From Solirubrobacterales bacterium (GTDB taxonomy: Bacteria > Actinomycetota > Thermoleophilia > Solirubrobacterales > JACPNS01), in NCBI GenBank assembly GCA_047605325.1, contig JASGFX010000008.1:6100-70099 (forward strand): DNA of 64,000 nt. Direction: 5' to 3'. Made by a program: the position numbers and the translations under genes. Below, one piece after another: positions 56,819-64,000 of the stretch. Under the pieces are notes generated by a model, which worked only from the letters and a program-made list of their open reading frames with translations, ran no database searches and was not told where the DNA came from. Numbering within the stretch: position 1 is the stretch's first letter; each line of letters starts with the position of its first letter.

Positions 56819-57031
56819 CTACTCGAGGACTACGAGAATGTCGCCTTCAGAAACCGAATCGCCCTCGGCGCACTTGATCTCCTTGACCACGCCATCGTCC
56901 TCGGCCTCGACCGGCATCTCCATTTTCATCGACTCGAGGATCACGACGGTGTCGCCGTCAGCGACCTCATCGCCGGGCTTGACTTCGATCTTCCAAACGG
57001 TTCCGGTGATGTGGGCTTCGATGTCGCTCAT
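56819..57031 (-). CDS. Stand-alone biotinyl/lipoyl attachment domain protein (BCCP-like, 70 aa)
   Basis: MSDIEAHITGTVWKIEVKPGDEVADGDTVVILESMKMEMPVEA carries the (A/S)MKM biotinylation motif. The upstream part of ORF 56819..57334 is Arg-rich noise. Confidence 0.8.
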   Translation of the reverse strand: MSDIEAHITGTVWKIEVKPGDEVADGDTVVILESMKMEMPVEAEDDGVVKEIKCAEGDSVSEGDILVVLE

Positions 57032-57078
57032 TGGGCCTCTCGCTTGCGTCGTGGACGCCTGACAACATACCGATCCAC

Positions 57079-57783
57079 ATGGCGGAGCGAGCAAGCACAG
57101 TTGGGCACGTGATCGTGGCCGCGCGCAACGAGGCAGACCGCATCGGCGAGACCGTCGCTGCGCTGCACGAAGTCTTTGACGGCGTGACGGTGATCGTCGC
57201 CGATGACGGCTCGGAAGATTCGACCGGGGCCGTCGCCGCCGAGGCCGGCGCGACCGTCGTCGGCGGCCCCCGGCACTTGGGCAAGGGCGGCGCAGCGACC
57301 CTCGGCGCGGAGCGCGCACTGGCCGACGGACCACCGTTCGAAGGCGCGGTGGTGTTGCTCGCCGACGCCGATCTTGCGCGATCGGCCGCGAAGCTCGCGC
57401 CGCTCGCCGATGCGGTCGCGGCCGGCGACGCCGACCTCACGGTCGCGATGTTCGCGAGCCGAGTTGGCGGCGGGTTCGGGCTCGCGCTCGGATTCGCTCA
57501 CTGGGCGATCGAGAAGCGTTGCGGGCTCGACACCGAGGCGCCGATCTCAGGTCAACGCGCGCTCAGCTACGAGGCGCTGAAAGCCGTGACTCCATTTCAC
57601 GGGAAGTTCGGCATGGAGATCGGCATGACCGTCGACGCGGTTCGCGCGGGACTCACGGTCAAGGAGATCGAACTCGACCTCGCCCATCGCGCAACCGGCA
57701 AATCGCTCCGCGGCTTTCTACATCGCGGCCGCCAGCTCAAGGATTTCACCCGGGTGTATTTTGAGCTCGGTAGCGGCAAATGA
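57079..57783 (+). CDS. Glycosyltransferase family 2
   Basis: VIVAARNEADRIGETVAAL...VIVADDGSEDSTG (GT-A DxD context). I chose the ATG at 57079. Confidence 0.7.
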   Translation: MAERASTVGHVIVAARNEADRIGETVAALHEVFDGVTVIVADDGSEDSTGAVAAEAGATVVGGPRHLGKGGAATLGAERALADGPPFEGAVVLLADADLARSAAKLAPLADAVAAGDADLTVAMFASRVGGGFGLALGFAHWAIEKRCGLDTEAPISGQRALSYEALKAVTPFHGKFGMEIGMTVDAVRAGLTVKEIELDLAHRATGKSLRGFLHRGRQLKDFTRVYFELGSGK

Positions 57784-59261
57784 TTCTCGCGCTAGACGAA
57801 GGCACGACCGGCAGCAAGGCGCTCCTCCTCGGCGAGGACGGTCGCATCGTCGCCACCCGTCAACACGAGTTCACGCAGTACTTCCCGCATCCCGGCTGGG
57901 TGGAGCACGACGCAAATGAGATCTGGCAGATCACCAGCGGGGTCGCCGCCGAGGTGCTCGCGGCGGCCGGGGCGCGAGCGAGCGATCTGAAGGGCGTGGG
58001 GATCACGAACCAGCGTGAGACGGTCGTCGTCTGGGATCGCGCAAGCGGCGAGCCACTGCACCATGCAATCGTCTGGCAGGACCGTCGAACGGCAGACCGT
58101 TGCCGGGAACTTGTCGCAGCCGGCCACACGGAGCTCGTTCGAGCACAGACCGGGCTGACGATCGACCCGTACTTCTCGGCGTCGAAGATCGAGTGGCTGC
58201 TGCGGAATGTCGAGGGGCTCAGTGCGCGCCCTGCGGCCGAGATCTGTTTCGGCACGATCGATGCCTGGCTCGCGTTCAAGCTCACCGGCCGCCACGTGAC
58301 CGACTACTCGAACGCGGCCCGCACGATGCTGTTCGACATCAACCGGCTCGAGTGGTCGCAGGAGCTGTGCGAGATCTTCTCGATTGACCCGGTCTCGCTG
58401 CCTGAAGTGCAGCCGTCGTTGAGCGTGTTCGGCGAGACCGACCCGGGGCTGCTCGGCGGCGCAGCGATCCCCCTCGGCGGCATCGCGGGCGACCAGCAGG
58501 CCGCGCTCTTCGGCCAGGCGTGCTTCGCGCCGGGCAAGGCCAAGAACACCTACGGCACCGGCAGCTTCGTGCTGATGAACGTCGGCGACGCCGCGCCGGC
58601 GCCGGCCGAAGGGCTCGTCGGGACGCTGGCCTGGGGTACCGAGGTGGATGCCACCTACGCATACGAGGCGAGCGTGTTCGTTTCCGGCGCTGCGGTGCAG
58701 TGGCTGCGCGACGGACTCGGGCTGTTCGAGAATGCGGCCGAGACCGAGCGTCTCGCGCGATCACTCGACTCGAATGACGGCGTCTACTTCGTTCCGGCGC
58801 TCACTGGCCTTGGCTCGCCGTATTGGGATCCAGATGCGCGCGGCGCGCTGATGGGTCTCACCCGCGGCACGACGCGCGCACACTTCGCCCGCGCCGCGCT
58901 GGAGGCGATGGCCTACCAAACGGTCGACGCCGTGCGCGCGATGGAAGCCGCAGCGGGCCTACCGCTCGGCGAACTCCATGCCGATGGCGGCGCGGTCGCC
59001 AATCACTGGCTGATGCAGTTCCAGGCCGACGTGCTCGGCGCGCCGGTTGTGGTTCCGGAGATAACGGAGACGACAGGCTTCGGCGCGGGGATGATGGCCG
59101 GAATCACCGCCGGAAGCTGGACCGCTGCAGAGGTCGAGGGGCTCTGGCGGGAAGAGTTTCGCTTCGAGCCGCAGATGCAGCAGAGCCGCCGCGAGGAATT
59201 GCTCGCCGAGTGGTCGGCTACGGTCGCGTCCGTGCGCGAACGCGGGACACCGGAGTCCTAG
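57780..59261 (+). CDS. glpK: Glycerol kinase
   Basis: ILALDEGTTGSKALL...GITNQRETVVVWD...DPYFSASKIEWLL...GIAGDQQAALFGQ. ATGA overlap with the GT2 gene. Confidence 0.92.
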   Translation: MILALDEGTTGSKALLLGEDGRIVATRQHEFTQYFPHPGWVEHDANEIWQITSGVAAEVLAAAGARASDLKGVGITNQRETVVVWDRASGEPLHHAIVWQDRRTADRCRELVAAGHTELVRAQTGLTIDPYFSASKIEWLLRNVEGLSARPAAEICFGTIDAWLAFKLTGRHVTDYSNAARTMLFDINRLEWSQELCEIFSIDPVSLPEVQPSLSVFGETDPGLLGGAAIPLGGIAGDQQAALFGQACFAPGKAKNTYGTGSFVLMNVGDAAPAPAEGLVGTLAWGTEVDATYAYEASVFVSGAAVQWLRDGLGLFENAAETERLARSLDSNDGVYFVPALTGLGSPYWDPDARGALMGLTRGTTRAHFARAALEAMAYQTVDAVRAMEAAAGLPLGELHADGGAVANHWLMQFQADVLGAPVVVPEITETTGFGAGMMAGITAGSWTAAEVEGLWREEFRFEPQMQQSRREELLAEWSATVASVRERGTPES

Positions 59262-59271
59262 GAGACTTTTG

Positions 59272-60051
59272 ATGGCGAAGATGAAGGAACAGGTCTACGT
59301 CGACGACCGCGGCGCCGACCGTATGGAGGTCTATCACCGGCGCGTGCGCGAGCACAAACCGAGCGCGATGTACGACCTCGTGCGTGTGCTGATGACTGGC
59401 AGTTACGGCTGGCTCAGCCGGGTGTCGGCCATCGACGTCCAGAACGTGCCTCGTGCGGGCGGGACGATCTTCGTGCCCAACCACTTCAGCTTCATCGATC
59501 ACTTCTACACCGGCATCCACCTGCGTCGCAAGCTGCAGTTCATGGCCAAGTCGCAGATCTTCAAGCCGCCGCTCGACTTCGTGTTCAGCCACGGCGGAGT
59601 ATTTCCAGTGATGCGCGGGAAAGGCGACGACGAGGCTTTCATCACCGCGCGCGCGATTCTCGAGCGCGGTGGAGTGGTCCAGATGTACGCCGAGGGCGGG
59701 CGCTCACGCGACTACTACCCGACCGTCGCCAAGCGCGGAGCGGGGCTGCTCGCACTGCAGAGCGGCGCGCCGGTTGTGCCCGTCGCGATCTACGGCTCGC
59801 AGTTCCTGCGCGACACCAAGCGCAAGGGCTTCCCGAAGGTCACGATCCAATACGGCCGTCCGGTGCAGTTTTCGCAGATCGATGATCCGACCCGCGAACA
59901 GCAGCAGGCTGTGTCGGATGAGATCTTCTCCCGCGTGACAAAGATGTGGTGGGGCCTGGACGCCGAGCTTGAGCCGAAGTGGCGCCGCGCAGAGCGCGAG
60001 CGCACGGGGGAACAGCCGCGCACGACCCCGCCGGAGAAGCTGCCGCAGTAG
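59272..60051 (+). CDS. plsC: 1-acyl-sn-glycerol-3-phosphate acyltransferase (PlsC family)
   Basis: The HX4D motif appears as PNHFSFIDH, with EGGRSRD and PVVPVAIYG blocks. GGAG lies 7 nt upstream of the ATG. Confidence 0.8.
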   Translation: MAKMKEQVYVDDRGADRMEVYHRRVREHKPSAMYDLVRVLMTGSYGWLSRVSAIDVQNVPRAGGTIFVPNHFSFIDHFYTGIHLRRKLQFMAKSQIFKPPLDFVFSHGGVFPVMRGKGDDEAFITARAILERGGVVQMYAEGGRSRDYYPTVAKRGAGLLALQSGAPVVPVAIYGSQFLRDTKRKGFPKVTIQYGRPVQFSQIDDPTREQQQAVSDEIFSRVTKMWWGLDAELEPKWRRAERERTGEQPRTTPPEKLPQ

Positions 60052-60091
60052 TTCGATCGCGCGGCCGAATCCGCGCGTTCAAGCGAGAAAT

Positions 60092-60141
60092 CGCCCCGAT
60101 GAACGGTCATTGGGGCGCCCCAAAGGACACTCTTTGGGGCG
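60092..60141. terminator. Twin hairpin in the convergent gap (palindromic repeat element, copy D)
   Basis: CGCCCCGATGA-acgg-TCATTGGGGCG overlaps CGCCCCAAAG-gacact-CTTTGGGGCG. It is flanked by 10-bp direct repeats GTTCAAGCGA (60077 and 60153). Confidence 0.6.
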
Positions 60142-60178
60142 GGAAAGCGCTTGTTCAAGCGATCCCGCGCCCGCGCGT

Positions 60179-61078
60179 TCAGTAACTCTCTTCGAGCCCC
60201 GCGAAGAACTCGCGGTCGTGGCCAGGGATTACGAGGGCGCTCGGGGTCATCTGTTTGTAGGCGCGGATCTCGCGCACCGAGCGCTTGTAGTTGTGCTCGT
60301 CGGCCAGTACCAGCGGGACCTCACCGGCGTCGAGCGAATTGCGCGTGTAGATGGCGTCGCCGGCGATCAGGCACTCGCGGTCGGCAAGTCGCACCACAAC
60401 CGACATGTGCCCATAGGTGTGGCCCGGCGTGGAAACCAGCACGATCGAGCCGTCGCCAAATAAATCGAACGAGCGCCCGAAGGTCGCGAATGAGTTGATC
60501 GAGTCGGCCGAGAAATCGACCATGCGCACGTCGTGGCCGAGGTCGTACTGGCGGCGTACGTACCCGCGCGCGAGGAGCTTCTTGCCGTGGGCGCTGCGCC
60601 ACTCGTCGCGCGAGACGACGACAGTGCAGTCTTCGATCTCATTGAGCGCGCCGGCATGGTCGACGTGGAGATGCGTCATCACGACGGTGCCGATGCCGCC
60701 GCGCGGGATGCCGAGCTCGCGCAGGCGCGCCGGGAGCGGCTGGGATTCGTCGGCGCGCAGGCCGTACATCGCTGCTGCGGCTCGCCCGACTGCGGCCCTC
60801 ACGTCGTGGACGACCGCGGCGGGTAGGCCGGTGTCGATCAGCACCCAGCCGGCCGTCGGGTGCAGGGCGAAGAAGATCGGGCAGGGCGTCCAGTGATCGA
60901 ATTTGTGCCGCATTCCGCGCACGATCGCCCGGGGCTTGGCGAGTGGCTGATCGATCCGCGCAAGGAAGCCGCGCGGTACGCCCATCTCACCGGTCGAAAA
61001 TGGGTGCAGCGCGACCGTCGCACCGGCCGAGCCGCCGTGGAGCGGGCCGTCCAAGACCCGCGATTCGCTCTCCTCCAT
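60179..61078 (-). CDS. MBL-fold metallo-hydrolase (lactonase-like)
   Basis: VVMTHLHVDHAGAL and STPGHTYGH motifs. Confidence 0.75.
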   Translation of the reverse strand: MEESESRVLDGPLHGGSAGATVALHPFSTGEMGVPRGFLARIDQPLAKPRAIVRGMRHKFDHWTPCPIFFALHPTAGWVLIDTGLPAAVVHDVRAAVGRAAAAMYGLRADESQPLPARLRELGIPRGGIGTVVMTHLHVDHAGALNEIEDCTVVVSRDEWRSAHGKKLLARGYVRRQYDLGHDVRMVDFSADSINSFATFGRSFDLFGDGSIVLVSTPGHTYGHMSVVVRLADRECLIAGDAIYTRNSLDAGEVPLVLADEHNYKRSVREIRAYKQMTPSALVIPGHDREFFAGLEESY

Positions 61079-61110
61079 GGCCGAAACCTATTGCCTGGGC
61101 CGGAGGGCAC

Positions 61111-61146
61111 AAAAAAGCCCTCCCGCGGCTTGCGGAAGGGCTTTTT
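61111..61146 (-). terminator. Rho-independent terminator downstream of the SDR gene, potentially bidirectional
   Basis: AAAAAA-GCCCTCCCGC-ggctt-GCGGAAGGGC-TTTTT: a GC-rich stem flanked by A and T runs. Confidence 0.75.
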
Positions 61147-61173
61147 CGTTACTTCGGAGTAGTTGGCGTGGAC

Positions 61174-62019
61174 CTAGAAGGCCATACCGCCGAACATGCC
61201 GCCGGTGATGTTGAGCACCTGGCCGTGCACGTAGTTCGAGAGCGGCGAGGCGAGGAAGAAGATCGGCGCGGCGGCCTCTTCCGGCGTTGCCGGGCGACCC
61301 AGCGGGATCAGCATGTTGGCCATCTGACGCATCTGCTCGGGGATGCCGAGCTGGATCTGCTCGCCGTCCTTCTCGATCGTCTCGGCGTTCTCCTTGGCGG
61401 CGGTCAGACGCGTCTCGACGAAGCCGAAGGCGACGGCGTTGACGTTGACCTTGAACTGGCCCCACTCCTTGGCGACGGTCTTGGTCAGACCGACGACACC
61501 GAGCTTGCCGGCGCTGTAGTTGGCCTGGCCGGCGTTGCCGAACATGCCCGAGGTGCTGGAGACGTTGACGATCTTGCGGAAGACCTCCTTGCCCTCTGCG
61601 CGCTCGGCCTTGGCCGGCTCACGGAAGTACGGGGCGGCTTCGCGGATCAGCTGGAACGGCGCCTTGACGTGGACGTTGAGCATGGCGTCCCACTGCTCGT
61701 CGGTGATCTTGTGCACCGGGGCGTCCCATGTGTAGCCGGCGTTGTTGATCAGGATGTCGATCTGACCGAACTCGTCGATCGTCTTCTTGACGACCGCGGC
61801 GGGCGAGCCGTCGGCGGTGATGTCGCCGCCGATCGAGACGGTGTTGCCCTCGATCTCGTTGGAGGCCTGCTCGGCGATGTCGCCGTCGAGGTCGGTGATT
61901 ACGACGTTGGCGCCGGAGCCGGCGAGCTGCTCGGCGACGGCGCGGCCGATGCCGCGGGCGGAGCCGGTGACGATGGCGGTCTTGCCTTCAAGCAGACCGG
62001 GGATCGCGAGGTCACTCAT
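61174..62019 (-). CDS. SDR family oxidoreductase (FabG-like 3-oxoacyl reductase)
   Basis: TGSARGIGRAVA, NNAG and the YSAGK catalytic motif. Confidence 0.85.
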   Translation of the reverse strand: MSDLAIPGLLEGKTAIVTGSARGIGRAVAEQLAGSGANVVITDLDGDIAEQASNEIEGNTVSIGGDITADGSPAAVVKKTIDEFGQIDILINNAGYTWDAPVHKITDEQWDAMLNVHVKAPFQLIREAAPYFREPAKAERAEGKEVFRKIVNVSSTSGMFGNAGQANYSAGKLGVVGLTKTVAKEWGQFKVNVNAVAFGFVETRLTAAKENAETIEKDGEQIQLGIPEQMRQMANMLIPLGRPATPEEAAAPIFFLASPLSNYVHGQVLNITGGMFGGMAF

Positions 62020-62118
62020 GGTGATTTGGATCTCTTTCTGGTGGTTGGAGGGGCGGTCTGAAATCCGCGCGGGATGTTAGTCAGACCGAACGTTCGTTTT
62101 GCAAGGTCCAGAAAAGGT

Positions 62119-63300
62119 CTAGAACCCGTACGACCGGCCGATCACGTCGAGCATGATCTCGTCGGTGCCCGCGCCGATGCGGTTGAGACGCATGTCGCGC
62201 CACGCGCGCTCGATGCCGTACTCCTTCATGTAGCCCCAGCCGCCGTGGATCTGGAGGCACTCGTCCATCACCTCGAAGCCGATCTGCGAGGAGTAGAGCT
62301 TGGCCTGCGAGATCTCGCGCACCGGGTAGCGCCCCTGGTCGACGAGCCACGCGGTGTAGTAGTTGAGCTGGCGGGAGGCCTCGAGCTTGGTGCTCATGTC
62401 GGCGATTTTGTGGCGGATCGCCTGGAACTTGCCGATCGAGCGGCCGAAGGCCTGACGCTCCTTGGCGTACTCCATCGTCATGTCGAGCGCGCGCTGGGCG
62501 CCGGCGACGCAGGCGCAGGCGGCGACCATGCGCTCGCTCTGCAGCTCCCACATGATGTTGTAGAAGCCCTTTCCGACCTCGCCGAGGCGGTTTGCGTCGG
62601 GCACGCGCATGTCGGTGAATGAAAGCTCCGCGGTGTCAGAGGCGTTCATGCCGAGCTTTTCAAGCTTGCGCGAGACCTCAAAGCCGGGCGTGTCGGTCTC
62701 GACCAGGAAGAGCGTGAAGCCGTCAAAGCCGGCCGAGTCGTCGGTCTTCGTCACGAGCACGATCAGGTCGGCGCGGATGCCGTTGGTGATGAAGACCTTC
62801 GATCCGTTGATCACCCACTCGTCGCCGTCGCGTACCGCGCGGGTCTTGATGCCCGCCACGTCGGAGCCGGCGTCCGGCTCGGTGATGCCGAGCGAGAGGA
62901 TGTAGTCGCCGGCGATCGCGCCGCGCAGGTACTTGTCCTTGATCTCCTCGCTGCCGAACTTCTCGATCGGCGGCATCGCCATGTCGGTCTGCACGGCGAT
63001 GCCCATGTTCAGACCGCCGCTGTTGGAGTAGGCCATCGACTCGGCGCGCACGACGCTGGTGAAGTAGTCGCCGCCCTGGCCGCCGTACTGCTCGGGCATC
63101 GTGAGACCGAGGAAGCCCAGCTCGCCCATGCGCTTGATCACCGAGTCTGGGAAAGTTGTCTCTTCCCACTCATCGGCGTGGGGGGCGAGCTCGGTCTTGG
63201 CGAAGCGCTCGATCGTCTCGCGCAGCTGCTCGTGCTCATCGTTGAAGATGAAGTGCCGAGTGCTGCTCTTGTGATCGGGCTTGATCGTGCCTGATTCCAT
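62119..63300 (-). CDS. Acyl-CoA dehydrogenase
   Basis: ITEPDAGSD...QIHGGWGYMKEYGIERAWRD...IGAGTDEIM. I chose the ATG at 63300 (MESGTIKP). Confidence 0.9.
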   Translation of the reverse strand: MESGTIKPDHKSSTRHFIFNDEHEQLRETIERFAKTELAPHADEWEETTFPDSVIKRMGELGFLGLTMPEQYGGQGGDYFTSVVRAESMAYSNSGGLNMGIAVQTDMAMPPIEKFGSEEIKDKYLRGAIAGDYILSLGITEPDAGSDVAGIKTRAVRDGDEWVINGSKVFITNGIRADLIVLVTKTDDSAGFDGFTLFLVETDTPGFEVSRKLEKLGMNASDTAELSFTDMRVPDANRLGEVGKGFYNIMWELQSERMVAACACVAGAQRALDMTMEYAKERQAFGRSIGKFQAIRHKIADMSTKLEASRQLNYYTAWLVDQGRYPVREISQAKLYSSQIGFEVMDECLQIHGGWGYMKEYGIERAWRDMRLNRIGAGTDEIMLDVIGRSYGF

Positions 63301-63417
63301 CGTGGGTCCTCCGTCGGCGCGAGCCGGTGAAAGTGGAAAGTAGGAAGTTCTAGTTCTTACTCTACCGCAGCCGGAGCGGAAGCGCGCGCCGCCATCGCGT
63401 TTAGGCTCGGCGCGCAC

Positions 63418-64000
63418 GTGAACGAGAACTTTTCACAATGGCGCAGCGACGCCCGCGAGTGGATCCGCGAGCGCGGACTCGAGATCTGGATAATCACCGG
63501 AATCTGGGCGCTGCTGACGCTCGTGATCTACCTGCTTGCGACCGGCCATGAGTCGCCGCGTCGCTATCAGGACGAGTTTCTTTTCTGGGGGCTCGCAAAG
63601 AGCTTCGCCCACGGCGACGGATTGACATGGCGCGGGGTGGGGATCGGCATGCGCAGCTGGCTCTATCCGGTGCTGCTCGCCCCGGCCTTCTGGGTGGCGA
63701 GCACGGTCCCGGGCGAGTACACGCTGGTCCACCTGATCAATTCGCTGATGATCGGCGCGACGATTTTCCCCGGCTATCTGATGGCGCGCATGTTCATGGA
63801 TCGCTGGCGCGCGCTGGTGGTGGCGTTGCTCGTGGTCTCGGTCCCTGCGATGAACTACGCAGGCGTGATCGGGACCGAAAATCTCGGCTATCCGACGTTC
63901 ACTGCGGCCTGCGGGGCGATTCTGCTCGCGATCGCCCGGCCGCGATTGCGAAATACGATCCTCGCCTTCGTGCTGATCGGCGTCGCGTTGCTGACGCGCA
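63418..64000 (+). CDS. Integral membrane protein, possibly GT-C fold (ArnT/PMT-like) glycosyltransferase; 3' end outside window
   Basis: My own translation from GTG 63418 stays open to the window end: VNENFSQWRSDAREWIRERGLEIWIITGIWALLTLVIYLL...YQDEFLFWGLAKSF...YPVLLAPAFW. It has several TM segments and an early DE-containing loop. It is absent from the ORF track because no stop falls inside the window. Confidence 0.45.
   Translation, partial: MNENFSQWRSDAREWIRERGLEIWIITGIWALLTLVIYLLATGHESPRRYQDEFLFWGLAKSFAHGDGLTWRGVGIGMRSWLYPVLLAPAFWVASTVPGEYTLVHLINSLMIGATIFPGYLMARMFMDRWRALVVALLVVSVPAMNYAGVIGTENLGYPTFTAACGAILLAIARPRLRNTILAFVLIGVALLTR

Overview
Very GC-rich, gene-dense chromosomal segment. 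By gene content it looks like a high-GC Actinomycetota genome, possibly Thermoleophilia/Rubrobacteria-like; that placement is inference only. I recognise no rRNA, CRISPR array, integrase, transposase or phage genes. Left to right the window holds: the ligA 3' end; PBP4; a frameshifted acyl-CoA ligase next to a fused fatty acyl-CoA reductase; Nif3; an ADH with a TetR; two translationally coupled membrane GGDEF cyclases; tRNA-Pro(CGG) followed by two 95-bp tandem pseudo-copies of its 3' half; a TetR-MFS efflux operon; and a TetR-led seven-gene string (RibD_C-like reductase, metallophosphoesterase, SRPBCC, acyltransferase_3, rubredoxin, membrane desaturase). Next comes an SOS mutagenesis locus in which imuB and dnaE2 each have their own LexA box, separated by a cation-diffusion-facilitator gene. 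This is followed by a complete Bacillus-type chemosensory cluster (cheB-R-A-C-D-Y, mcp-mcp, cheW, mcp-mcp). The rest is housekeeping: a secreted beta-helix protein, a NarL-type two-component pair, gabD-like ALDH, GH2, egtB-egtD, bioF/bioD-bioA-nudix, crotonase, a mini biotinyl protein, GT2-glpK-plsC, MBL, SDR, ACAD and the start of a GT-C-like membrane protein. The most unusual signal is not a protein system. It is a family of palindromic repeat elements with a conserved outer module and variable inner hairpins, seen in at least five copies. Two inverted copies bracket imuB. One AT-richer copy sits in-frame inside the dnaE2 ORF. Other notable points are the tRNA-Pro 3'-half tandem array, a CheA whose P2 region is replaced by a basic Ala/Lys/Pro repeat, and a duplicated pair of translationally coupled MCPs.
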